DNA of 64,000 bases from Octopus sinensis (lineage: Eukaryota). The stretch covers positions 806,001 through 870,000 of the forward strand of contig NC_043015.1 in the NCBI RefSeq assembly GCF_006345805.1, read 5' to 3'. A program made the position numbers and the translations under genes. Under the pieces are notes generated by a model. It saw only the letters and a list, made by a program, of their open reading frames with translations, did not search any database and was not told where the DNA came from. Below are positions 1 through 11,760 of this stretch, piece after piece (position 1 is the stretch's first letter; each line of letters opens with the position of its first letter).

Positions 1-915
1 AACAAATGAAATCCAAACTAAAAATAGAACAGCAACGAGCCATGATAAAACGATGGCAAGAAAAGCCCCTTCATGGTAAATACTGCACTAAACTAAACGC
101 AAAAGAAATAGACAAAGAAAAATCCCAGCAATGGTTGAGAAGCTCAGGACTCAAAGCAGAAACAGAGGGATTTTTAATTGCAGCACAAGACCAAAGCCTC
201 CCCACCAGAAATTACCAAAAACATGTAATGAAAAGAAATATTACAAGTAACTGCAGAATATGTGGAGATGGACAAGAAACAATAAATCATATTATCTCTA
301 GCTGCCCAGTGCTGGCTAAGAAGGAATATATTCACAGACATGACAGAGTTGGAACCTACATACATTGGAAGCTATGCCAACATTATGGAATAACAACAGA
401 AAAAAGATGGTATAGGCACACACCAGATAAGGTCACAGAAAACGAGAAAGCAACCATACTCTGGGATATGCCGATACACACAGATAGAGAAATTAAGGCC
501 AACAGACCAGATATAGTTGTCAGAGATCATGAAGAAAAAAAATGCTTTCTAATTGATGTATCAATACCGGCAGATGACAACGTGTCTCTAAAAGAAATGG
601 AGAAACTCTCAAAATACAAAGACCTGGAAATAGAGGTAACTAGAATGTGGAACCTGAAAACAGAAACAATTCCTATCATAGTAGGTGCATTAGGCATGAT
701 AAAAAAATATTCAGACAAATACATAACAAAAACACCAGGACTTACAAACACATATAACATACAGAAAATTGCACTACTAGGCACTGCACAAATCCTACGC
801 AGAACACTTTCCATACAATAACCATCAGAGCATCACAACAAATCACAGCACATACCCAAGGCACACAGAGCTGCGCTCGGTAGTGAAGTAAAAGCACGCT
901 ATAAAAATAAAACTA

Positions 916-920
<5 letters not shown>
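1..920 (+). mobile_element. 3' end of R4/Dong-like RLE non-LTR retrotransposon (family 1)
   Basis: ORF end plus ~100-nt 3' UTR (...ATAAAAATAAAACTACTGA) running directly into (TAA)10 at 921-950. The same 3' end recurs at 44251-44478. Confidence 0.88.
6..821 (+). CDS. C-terminal part of a non-LTR retrotransposon ORF (CCHC zinc knuckle + restriction-like endonuclease), R4/Dong-like; probably continues upstream of the window
   Basis: Uninterrupted 271-aa frame with CRICGDGQETINHIISSC (C-x2-C...H-x4-C), RHDRV, and PDIVVRD...LIDVSIP...KEMEKLSKYKDL (PD..D..K RLE motif). Followed by a short 3' UTR and (TAA)n. Confidence 0.9.
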   Translation: MKSKLKIEQQRAMIKRWQEKPLHGKYCTKLNAKEIDKEKSQQWLRSSGLKAETEGFLIAAQDQSLPTRNYQKHVMKRNITSNCRICGDGQETINHIISSCPVLAKKEYIHRHDRVGTYIHWKLCQHYGITTEKRWYRHTPDKVTENEKATILWDMPIHTDREIKANRPDIVVRDHEEKKCFLIDVSIPADDNVSLKEMEKLSKYKDLEIEVTRMWNLKTETIPIIVGALGMIKKYSDKYITKTPGLTNTYNIQKIALLGTAQILRRTLSIQ

Positions 921-952
<32 letters not shown>

Positions 953-953
<1 letters not shown>

Positions 954-1270
954 TGGCTTTTTATCGTAACTGATTGGATGTGTTGTCATGGACATTGTTT
1001 TGCCTTGATATGAAAATGGGTTACAGCAAATATCTGCACAGTACTACAGATTTGAATATCAGTGGGTTGACCTTAGCCAGATGAGCATACCTCTTGTTGA
1101 TACATGTGCAACTCTTATTAAAAGCAGGAGTAGTAAAGGAGGATCGTAGTTATGTGTTGAGAGGAAGTCTTTAGTATTTTAATTGATTACCACTAGTCAT
1201 GATGAGTATTTTGTGCTTCGTATATTTTACCCCACTGTCACTTCGATGGCATGCACTTCTCCCTCACTCA
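953..1270 (+). mobile_element. Internally deleted, diverged copy of a non-coding (TAA)n-embedded element
   Basis: 5' part (ATGGCTTTTTATCGTAACTGATTGG...) and 3' end (...TATTTTACCCCACTGTCACTTCGATGGCATGCAC...CACTCA-ATAATAA) match the reverse complement of 52666-53223. Flanked by TAA runs. Confidence 0.75.
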
Positions 1271-2306
1271 ATAATAATAATAAAATCTCTACACAGCGTC
1301 TCAATCAAGAAATAAATAGAACAACACAGCAAATCAATGATACACATAGACAGGCGAATACTGAAGCAGGAAACAAGAACAACAAAATACCACAAGCCAT
1401 AACTGACAAGCTCTAATCGAGGACAGAGATGAAAACACTCAAGAAACAACAAAAGTAGATGAAGAACTAATCATCAAACAATCGATAAGTATAGACAAGC
1501 GTAAGCGTCTCCCCAGGCTACAAAAAAGTAAATAGCTCTATGAAAGGATAAATAGATACAACAGAGCCTTACTAGTAATCATGACCATATTAAAAGTTAC
1601 ACTAGATGTCAATAAATTAAATAACTCAATCTACTCACCAGCGATATCTAGGGAAACTGCTCTTGACCCTTACAAGGAAAAAATAATACCTGCCAAATCT
1701 GAAACTCCATAAGGGAAAGTGATCGTAATAAATAAAATTCAAAAAAAATGAAAGGTTTATCAACACTTTGTTAATTAAAGAAAAAGGATATCAAATATGA
1801 AAAGTATAGCAAAATGCACATAGAAAATAAAGCAGATACCTGGGTGGTAAAAAATAAATTAAACGGCATAGCAGCAAGATACTTACCGCATAAAATGGTA
1901 TGAAAACTGGAACGCTTCTTGTAACAAAAGTGAGAATTCGAAATAAACAAAACAAGTTTTTATAGAAAGTTAAATAAAAAAATAGACTATATCAGTAGCT
2001 GCCATGTCAACAACATCAGCGATTCAGTCATACAGGGAAGCAATATGGAGTGAACCAAAAATACACAACAAAAATGCTCAATAGATTAGTAAGGGTAAAG
2101 GGTAAGGAAAGGAAGAACCCAACAGAACAACAGATATCGACCATCATCACAGGCCAAGTGATCATGGACACACTGAAGAGAACCAGCGCCTAGAAAACTC
2201 CAAGGATAGATACGGGTCCCAACTTCTGGTTCAAACAGCTCACCAATATCTATAACCACTTAGCGGCAACGTTCAATTGATTGATAATTGTGCAAGAATC
2301 AATACT

Positions 2307-2570
2307 GGTGGAGGCGCGTGGCTTAGTGGTTAGGGTGTCAGCATCATGATCGTAAGATTGTGGTTTCGATTCCTGGACCTGGCGACGCGTTGTGTTCTTG
2401 AGCAAAACACTTCATTTCACGTTGCTACAGTTCACTCAGCTGGCAAAAATGAGTAACGCCACGATGGACTGGCGTCCCGTCCAGCTGCGGAACACATACG
2501 CCATTGAAACCGGTAAACCAAGCTCATGAGACTGGAGCGGCTTCAAAAAAAAGGGCGCATTTATTTATTT
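2307..2570 (+). mobile_element. tRNA-derived SINE, family A
   Basis: A-box TGGCTTAGTGG, B-box-like GTTTCGATTCC and an (ATTT)n tail. Near full-length homologue at 48300-48568 (-). Confidence 0.85.
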
Positions 2571-2571
2571 G

Positions 2572-2873
2572 TGTGGAGGCACATGGCCGAGTGGTTAGAG
2601 CAGCGGACTCGCGGTCGAGGGATCGCCGGTTCGAATCTCAGACCGGGGGATGTGTGTGTTTATGAGCGAAACACCTAAGCACCACGCGGCTCCGGCAGAA
2701 GGTAATGGCGAACTTCTGCTGACTCTTCCGCCACAACTTTCTCTCACACTTTCTTCCTGCATCTTGCAGCTCACCTGTGACGGACCGGCGTCCCGTCTAG
2801 GTGGATAATCTATACGCCAAGAAACCGGGAAACCGGCCCTTATAAGCCAGGCATGGCTCATGAAGGAACAAAA
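2572..2873 (+). mobile_element. tRNA-derived SINE, family B
   Basis: A-box TGGCCGAGTGG and B-box GGTTCGAATC. 3' part is related to family A (GGCGTCCCGTC...GAAACCGG). A 3' fragment recurs near 13475-13535. Confidence 0.8.
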
Positions 2874-3859
2874 CAAGAATCAACACTAAACTGGATGCTG
2901 GAAAGGTAAATCCCTCTAATTTACAGACCAATAGCATGTCTATCAACATCCTACAAGACCCTAATAGCAGTCATCTATAACCAGCTTAGAAAGCACCTAG
3001 AAAATAACAATGTATTATCAGAAGAGCAAAAAGGGAGCCGAGAGGGAAGTATGGTTGTAAGGAGCAACTTGTGATAAATCGAGCAATTATAGAGGAGTGT
3101 AAGGATATGAAGTGAATTGATTACCAGAAAGCATTCGACAGTGTTCCACACTCATGGAAATTATAATGTCCCCACACAAATAAGGTAGCCCAACCACAGC
3201 TAAAATATATTAAACAGGCAATGACATATTCAGAAGAGGCAACATATTCAACACTGAACACATTGCACTCGACATAGACGCAGAAATTAGAGAATTAGAC
3301 CACAACCGGCCATACAAATATGTAGGATTAGAAGTATCAGTTAAAATACAACACACAGATATGAAAGAAAAAATTAGGAGGGAGTATTACAAAAGAGTTT
3401 GACTAATATTAAACACTGAAATTCAAACACACACACTCAAATACACACACGTCTAAATTCGCTTCAGAAAAGACTACATTGGCTGCAACTTACAAACTAT
3501 TCTTTTGAACGAAACTTAAATTGACGTCAATTCAAAAATATTTAACTTACAAGATACACTAGCCAACTACTTTAGAAATATGAAAGTAGATTTCTTTCAA
3601 TCTTTTCTGATTTAAATTAAGTTTTTTTTTTTCCATTTGCCGCGAAAGCAACAAATACAACTCTGAACGACATTTGCTTTCGTTGATGAGAATAGAGAAT
3701 TTATCTTCCTTACCAGGAAAATGTTTCAGTAATCAGCAGACCAATCAGAACGGTCTGCAACTTAGGAAGGGAAAAAAATCTTAAATAAATTCATAAGGCT
3801 TAAATAAATTCATAATACAAAGACATTTCTTAATAATAATAATAATCTTTTCAACTAAA

Positions 3860-4050
3860 GACACAAAGTCAGATATTTGCGTGGAGGTTAGTAGTCGATC
3901 ACATCGTGTCGGTGATTCATTGGTACTTAATTCATCGACATCGAAAGGCTGAAAGGCAGAGTCGACCTCGGCGGAATTCGAACTCAGATCGTAAGGGCTG
4001 AACGTAAATGCTGCTGAATATTTTGCCCTGCTCGCTAACGATTCTACAAG
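3860..4050 (-). mobile_element. Diverged SINE family M copy
   Basis: Core GAAAGGCAGAGTCGACCTCGGCGGAATTCGAACTCAG shared with >20 copies in the window. Confidence 0.75.
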
Positions 4051-4061
4051 TTCGCTGTCTA

Positions 4062-4162
4062 CTACGACTACTACTACTTCTACTCCCGCGACCACCATAA
4101 CCACGACCACGACCACGACCACTACCATCCATCACATCACCTTCACCACCACCACCACCACC

Positions 4163-4254
<92 letters not shown>

Positions 4255-4262
4255 TAATAATG
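4062..4262. repeat. Compound trinucleotide microsatellite (ACT/ACG/ACC/AAT)
   Basis: Direct reading: in-phase runs of CAC, then TAC, then TAA. Confidence 0.95.
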
Positions 4263-4604
4263 AGAAGGAGAAGGAGGTCGATGAGGTATTGGTGAAGGTG
4301 TATAGCAATGATAATGATGATATTTGAGAAGCGGTGAGGGAGAAGGAAAAAAAATGAACTTATAATAAGTACAACAATTAAGCGAAGAAGTTGATTAAAT
4401 ACTCTGTCATCTTTTCATAATTTCAAATTGATCGCCGAGCTGAGATGCGTTCTACCAAAATATCTAAATATAACATTTTCAAGCATACAATTAATTTTGA
4501 ACTATAAATACATTGAAGAAATCGTGATGAAAATGGGATTAATGAAATGTAAATTATGTGAAATATAAATAAAAAAGTGTGAGAAAGAGGCACAGAGCGC
4601 GTGC

Positions 4605-4607
<3 letters not shown>

Positions 4608-4635
<28 letters not shown>

Positions 4636-4839
4636 GGAAGTGCTAATATAGGGGTCTATGTATGTATGTATGTATCTATCTATCTATCGATCGATCTATC
4701 TATCTATCTATCTATCGATCTAACTATCTTTCTGTCTCTGTCTATACATCCATATATATATATATAATATATATATATATAATATATATATGCATGTATA
4801 TATATATGTATATATATATATATATTTATATACGTGTAT

Positions 4840-4920
<81 letters not shown>

Positions 4921-4928
4921 ATATACAT

Positions 4929-5002
<74 letters not shown>

Positions 5003-5035
5003 ATGTATGCATGTACATGCATATATAAGTACATA
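4608..5035. repeat. (GA)n/(TATG)n/(TATC)n/(TA)n microsatellite block
   Basis: Direct reading. Source of several YIYIYI pseudo-ORFs. Confidence 0.95.
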
Positions 5036-5427
5036 CATACAGACAGACAGAAAGTAGAACGATGAAGAAAATAAGCTAGAAAGGCTGCGTGAAAAGTAAA
5101 CAGGCGAGTGATGTCCTCGGGGAGGTTTGAAAGGAGAATAAGGGACTTCATTAAGAAAAACAGACAGTAATGTAAATAATATGATATTAGATAAAATATG
5201 AACAACAAAAAGAGAAATTGATATTTTAGAAGACAAATTTTAACCCCTAAAAGTTAATCGAAATTAAAATAATTAATTCTCTAATGATACAAGAAGGTTA
5301 CCAATTAGCACGAAATGGAAGTTAGTCGAATAAGTGACGCGTCTACATTTTTATATTTAAATTTGCTTGGCAAAACTTAAGAGATAGACCTATTTTAAAA
5401 AGCGTGGAAATATTGATGTCATATTTT

Positions 5428-5661
5428 CTTATTTCTTTGCTGCCCAGAAGGGGCTAAACATAGAAGGGACAAACGAAGACAGACAAAGTGATTAAGTCGA
5501 TTAAATCGACCCCAGTGCGTAACTGGTACTTAATTTATCGACCCAGAAAGGGTGAAAGGCAAAGTCGACCTCGGTGGAATTTGAACTCAGAAGGTAATGG
5601 CAAACAAAATACCGCTTAGAATTTCGCTCGGCGTGCTAACGTTTCTGCCAGCTCGCCACCT
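5428..5661 (-). mobile_element. SINE family M, full-length (tail type 1), with 17-bp TSD
   Basis: Head AAGGTGGCGAGCTGGCAGAAACGTTAGCAC, B-box-like GAGTTCAAATTCC, core GCCTTTCA..CTTTC.GGGTCGATAAATTAAGTACCAG (from recall similar to the MetaSINE central domain; unverified). Flanked by TATTGATG(T/A)CATATTTT. Confidence 0.88.
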
Positions 5662-5689
5662 TATTGATGACATATTTTGATATTGATGT

Positions 5690-6340
5690 CATATTTTGGC
5701 ACAAAGTATGCAACTTTGGGGGGCGAGATAAGTCGATTACATAGAGCTATTGAGGAACTGATACTTATTTCATCGTACCCGAAAGGGTGAAATGCAAAGT
5801 GGATTATGGCAGAATTTGAACTCAGAAAGGAAAAAAAAACAGACGAAATGTCGCTAAGCATTTTCTCCGGTGTAATTTTGTCATCTCTCAGCATCAATGC
5901 ACCGAAATTCTGGCTTTAAAGGTCGGTGGACAGGCTAAGTACATTAAATCCACCCCAGTGTGAAACTGGAACTTATTTTATCGACACCCCATGAATGAAA
6001 GGCATGCTCTCATTTGGCTGAATTTGAACTCGGTATGAAGAGACTGACAAAATGCGGCTAACCATTTTCCCCAGCATGCTCCTGATTCTGCCATCTCGAG
6101 ATGCCTAAAACCATGGAATTATTGGTTTCAACTGTTGCCACACGGTCAACAAGTTTGAGGAACGGACGAAGTATATTTAATCCATACGAGTGTTCAACAG
6201 GTACTTATTCTATTGACCTCGAACGATGAAAGGCGAAGTCGACCTCGGCGGATCTTCAGCTCAGAACATAATAATGGACAAGATACCGTTAAATATATTT
6301 CTCGGTGAGCAAACGATTCTCTCAGCTTGCTGCCTTAAAG
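5690..6340 (-). mobile_element. Cluster of about three older SINE family M copies
   Basis: Repeated diverged cores at ~5790, ~6000 and ~6230. Confidence 0.7.
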
Positions 6341-6629
6341 CACACCAAAATTTCTTTCAACTGAAGTCGACAGTATCATTAATTTATCTGTGGTTAATGA
6401 ATCCAGATAATTAGTTTTGCATGTTTATGAGGAACGAAACCTGACAATTACTTATACTACAAAGAAGTTTATATGGAAGTTCAATTGAATTTTTTATCTT
6501 ATTTCATTTTTATCGTATTTACTAAACTGCTGTAAACATAGATTTGTATATTTCGTCTAAATGCAAAACACTTCATGGATATAAAACCTCGATGATACTC
6601 TCTCCAATATGCATGGAAACATCAAATTT

Positions 6630-6830
6630 GGTGTCCTGGCGGATTGGTTAGAACTTAGGCAAAATATTTAGGGTTATTTTGTCAGCGTTCAAATTTCACC
6701 CCGGCCGAATTTGCCTTCCATCCTTTGTGGGGTTGATAAAATAAGTTCCAGTTGAAAAACGGGGTTGATGTAAACGACCTGCCGCTATAATCGACCTGCT
6801 GACCTTATGCCAAAATTTGAAGCCAAATGC
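6630..6830 (+). mobile_element. Diverged SINE family M copy
   Basis: TTTGCCTTCCATCCTTTGTGGGGTTGATAAAATAAGTTCCAG core variant. Confidence 0.65.
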
Positions 6831-6860
6831 CTGTTTTATGTGTAGTTATGCATGAATAAA

Positions 6861-6908
<48 letters not shown>

Positions 6909-7092
6909 AGTAGTTGAGTGAATTATCTTATTATGGATAATTCGGTTAACCGTTACCTGGGTAGCAAATTCCCGTCAGAAAAACACGGTTAAGTATATAT
7001 ATATATATATACTTACACACAGATACACACATATTTGTGTACGTGCGGGAATGTATATGTATGTATAAATAGATAGACAGAATATATATATT

Positions 7093-7214
7093 CTCACAAG
7101 GCTTCGGTCGGTCCGAGGCTATAGTCGGAAACACTTGCCCAAATTGAAACACAGTGCGACTGAGCTCGGAACCATGTGGTTGGAAAGCAAGCGTCTTACT
7201 CCACAGCCACGCCT
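7093..7214 (-). mobile_element. SINE family C, 5' part
   Basis: Matches the head of 25421-25800 (GTGGCTGTGG...GGTTCCGAGCTCAGTC...GGGCAAGTG). Confidence 0.75.
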
Positions 7215-7269
7215 ACACACACCACGAACGTATTCGTTTATTTGAAAAGGATCAGTTTCTCAGATTTTT

Positions 7270-7580
7270 CACATTAACTTCCACAAAGGATGAGAGGCAA
7301 TGTCGACCGCGGCAAAATTTAAATTGAAAACGTAAAGACTCGGAAGAAACGTCACCACGCATTTTATGACGCGTTAACCATTCTGCTAGTTTGATGCGGT
7401 TATGGTTTTAGATGTTGGCACGTGGTCAATAGTATTCTCGAGAAGAGTTTAGTCGACTGGTACATTTTATCTGACACGTATGTATCAAAGGCGAAGTTCA
7501 TCCGAAAGGAACTTAACCTCAGAACGTGAAGAGCCAGAGATTTTGCTCCATGTCATTTTCTCCTAACGCTCAAGCGCCCG
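7270..7580 (-). mobile_element. Two heavily diverged SINE family M copies
   Basis: Recognisable core remnants at ~7290-7330 and ~7490-7530. Confidence 0.55.
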
Positions 7581-8186
7581 TATATTATACATAATAATGG
7601 AAATTGTTAGTATACAGATAGAGGTAAGACTACTAGCGTTACGATTACCACTTCACATATACAATCATAATCAACTCTGCATTATGTTGAGGTTCCAACG
7701 CGCGGTTCACTGTTAGGTTTCTTTATGACCCTCTGAAAATCGTTCCAAATACATATAGCTGCTCGACAATTAACGGCTCCTCATAGAACACTAGCTAGTG
7801 TTCCTGTATATATTCTATATATCCATCTACTTAACTGCCTGTATTTCTCTCTCCAAATGTGTGTGTGTGTGCAATAATAACTGTAATAATATATCAATAA
7901 TAAAATATATATATTCTCCGATTTGGTTGAAATTGATGGGTGAGCTTTGACACAATCGGATGGGCATGTAGCCGTGTAGGCTTTGATATGTGTGTTCGAT
8001 TCTGGCTAGCGTTACCTCAATATTTTTCAGTCATTTTTTTTTATATATAAATGTCGCTTTAATCGGAGAATATCGCTATATAATATTAGTATTATGATAT
8101 ACTATTATAAATATTGTATGACAAATTTCCATCTTCTCTTTCTCTCCGTAACTTACAAAGCCTTATGGTTTGTATATAATATTATG

Positions 8187-8223
<37 letters not shown>

Positions 8224-8345
8224 ATGTAGGTATCTATCTACTTATATATCTATATATTTATCTATTTGTATATATGTTTATATGCATATATATAAATATA
8301 TTATGAGTGCACTGGTAGACATCTGCTATATACAAAATACAAGGG

Positions 8346-8400
<55 letters not shown>

Positions 8401-9519
8401 GTAGGCGCGCGGCTGCCTGTGTGTATGTGCACATCTGCGTGCGTGCGTGCGTATATTTGTGCTTGCGTATATTTCAATATGCATCAATATATGCATATGA
8501 CAAGTATTATATTATAAACAACATGAACAAGCGTAACTTGATTCCTTGTTGGAAATGTGTTACTTAATTTTGCTAAAACCTTTTAAGCAGTTCGACGTTT
8601 CTATGTCATAACATTTGAGTCTTTCTTCTCATTTCTTTCCATTTCCACCATTGAAACAATTTTGGACATCTTAGTCTGTTCAAAGAAATATTTTCTAGTG
8701 CAAAATCTCCCAGATGGATCTTAAAACGTTTAAAGAGAATTTTACACGTGTCATTCGACTATACATGTTAACTATGGCCCTCTCTTCATTGACAAATAGC
8801 ACGTTCTTACTATTTTTCTTGTGTTCTTTTCTTGTACTTTAAGAAAGCCCGCTTTTTTAGCTTTACCTTTTTATTAATTTTTTTTTTTTGTAATAGTGTC
8901 TTGGAGAAGGGACCAAAGAGTGACAGAATGGCGAGTAGAAAGACCCATGTTCTGGGTCAAAGAAAATTAAGTAACAACTGATCACGTTTTTGCCAACTCA
9001 CATTTTTTTGCTATTTATGAGTTTTCCCGTTTATTATTTTTTTTCAAGTAACAATGACTCAGAGCCCTGGAAGAAATAGATCTATCGTCATCTTGCACAT
9101 CTACATCTGCATCACCTTATCATTATCCTGGTCGTCAGTCTCATTTTCATCTCCATCATCATCTTCATAGACCACACCATCATCATCATCATCACAATCG
9201 TATTAATATTTACTATGAAAACGAGATTGAAATATCAGCTTTTGTTTCTTTCACTCGATAAACAGCGGCGATTCTAGACACCACGTTGAAGGATGTAGTC
9301 GAAATAAATTTTAAAAGTCGGGTCCCTTTTACCTGACTCATAAATTTTGCATGCGTATAAAAACCAATACAAACACATATGCAAATAAACGCACACACAC
9401 ACAAATAATGTAGCCTCACCTGCACCTAAAAGGCAAGCATGGCTTTATATTATTAATATTATAAATTAAAGTAATAGTGTGAATATATGTTTTATTTTAT
9501 TATCAGTAAAAATGATATA

Positions 9520-10552
9520 TTAGTGTCAAATTTTGGCAAAATGCAAGAAAATTAGGGGCAGGGGCTATGTCAATTACATTGTGTCCAGTCTTCAACTGAC
9601 ACTTATTTTAACGTTCACGAAAGGATGAGAGCAAAGTCGGCTTCGGCGGAATTTCATCTCAGAAAATATAGGCAGAACGAAATGCAGATAAGTAGCGCCC
9701 GGCGTGCTAACGATTCTGCCAGCTCAACGCCTTGAGTTATGCAAGTAATATATTCTTTTCTAATATAGGCACAAAGTCCGAAATTTCTGGGTAGGGGACC
9801 AGTCGATTAGATCGACCCTTGTACGTAACTGGTACTTATTTAATCGAGCCCGAAAAGATGAAAGGCAAAGTCGACGTCGGCCGAATCAGAACTCAGAACA
9901 TAAAGACAGACGAAATACCAATAAGCATTTCACTCGGTGTGCTAACGATATTTATCTCTTTACTGCCCACAAGGGGCTACACACAGAGGGGACAAACAAG
10001 GACTGACAAACGGATTAAGTCGATTATATCGACCTCAGTGCGTAACTGGTACTTATTTAATCGACCCCGAAAGAATCAAAGGCAAAGTAGACCTCGGCGG
10101 AATTTGAACTCAAAACGTAACGGCAATAGAAATATATATTTCTTTACTACCCACAAAGGGCTAAACACAGAGGGGACAAACAAGGACAGATAAACGGATT
10201 AAGTCGATTACATCAACCCCAGTGCGTAACTGGTACTTTATATATCAACCCCAAAATGATGAAAGGCAAAGTCGACTTCAGCAGAATTTGAACTCAGAAC
10301 GTATCGGCAGACAAAATACCTATTTCTTTATTACCCACAAGGGGCTAAACACGGAGGGGACAAACAAGGACAGACATAGGTATTAAGTCGATTACATCGA
10401 CCCCAGTGTGTAACTGGTACTATATTTATCGACCCCGAAAGGATGAAAGGCAAAGTCGACCTCGGCGGAATTTGAACTCACAACGCAACGCAGGCAAAAT
10501 ATCGCTAAGCATTTCGGCCGGCGTGCTAACGTTTCTGCCAGCTCACCGCCTT
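9520..10552 (-). mobile_element. Array of five SINE family M units (one separate copy plus a four-unit multimer mixing tail types)
   Basis: Core repeated at ~9630, 9860, 10080, 10265 and 10445. Complete heads only at ~9733 and ~10552. Confidence 0.88.
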
Positions 10553-11376
10553 AAGTTATAAAAGTACAATATTAGCAATGCAAATGGTGATATGTTACAC
10601 TGAAATGAGGCCGCCCGTGTGACGTGAAACAGAATTTATACTATTGACAAAATATTAGTGGCTGGTGTATAGCTTGAGCTAGCAGATTTATGTTGGTCAT
10701 ATGTTTTGTAATTTCAAAATCACCCATTTAAGACTGCAGATCTCATGGGAATAATTCAAAATTACTTTGTTCTACAGGAGACATTTCCAACGTAAAGCAT
10801 ATGGGCAAACACAAAAATTCTGCCAGTTACAATACATTTGTGAAGCTTATGATGACTGCGTATTGACAAATATTAAATATATTTTGGAGTACACGTATTC
10901 GACTAATATCTTCATAGTCGGATACAGGAACCGTATATCTATGTCTGGATGTCCTGGTTGGAGGCATGTGATTGTGGGAACATTTTGTCCGTACCCAAGT
11001 ACATCTAAATTTTCTATTCCGTGCGTCAAATAACTTCAACATTTTTGGAGTGGCAATGACAACTTGTCGGAAATAATTCGCAAAAATGATAGAGCTACTT
11101 AGATAATTCCACGAACTTTGCCAAGAATTGTGGTAACGCATCCATTCATGAACTGCTTCTGAAAGAACGCATTCACACTAATTTTATTGTTAAATTTTAA
11201 ATATTGCCTGAGTAAATTATCATTTTATTGAGGCTATACACACACGCGCGCACACACACACACAAACACACACACACAAACACACAAACACATACACACA
11301 CAAACACAAACACACATATATGTGTATATATATATATATAGGAATTAGTGGCACAACAATAATATACATATGTATG

Positions 11377-11444
<68 letters not shown>

Positions 11445-11445
11445 C

Positions 11446-11479
<34 letters not shown>

Positions 11480-11599
11480 ATATAAACTCATAAGCTCACC
11501 ACATCGTGTCACCGTCATATACATGCGCATGCACAGAAATATATATGTGTGTGTGATGAGACACCCACCCACACACTTACACACACATATGTATGTAAA

Positions 11600-11648
11600 T
11601 AGATAGACAGATAGACAGACAGACAGGGAGATAGATAGATAGATGGAT

Positions 11649-11729
<81 letters not shown>

Positions 11730-11760
11730 CAGACAGATAGAGAGATAGATGATAGGCAGA
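11600..11760. repeat. (GATA)n microsatellite
   Basis: Direct reading. Similar arrays at ~12550-12630, 27845-27930 and 38990-39185. Confidence 0.95.

Larger units (their letters stand above)
1283..3420 (+). pseudogene. Decayed R4/Dong-like reverse transcriptase region, interrupted by SINEs at 2307-2873
   Basis: Frameshifted remnants: WSEPKIHNKNAQ, NFWFKQLTNI, YRPIACLSTSYKTLIAVIYNQLRKHLENNNVLSEEQKG, GCKEQLVINRAI, IDYQKAFDSVPHSW, YKYVG...MKEKIRREYYKRV. Confidence 0.85.

Noticed and set aside
2572-2645. tRNA-like sequence with A and B boxes
   Set aside because: No complete cloverleaf or acceptor stem, and it continues into a repeat body. It is a SINE head, not a tRNA gene.
4579-5236. Many [20 protein letters not shown] and poly-amino-acid ORFs here and throughout the window
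   Set aside because: Translations of (TA)n, (TG)n, (GATA)n and trinucleotide repeats, which lack stop codons by construction.
9751-10552. Regularly spaced repeats resembling a CRISPR array (also 37431-37908)
   Set aside because: Units are ~180-240-bp SINE bodies without unique spacers; eukaryotic context and no cas genes.
10767-11141. Three overlapping ORFs of 60-104 aa in unique sequence
   Set aside because: No recognisable motif or convincing splice sites; lengths are compatible with chance.
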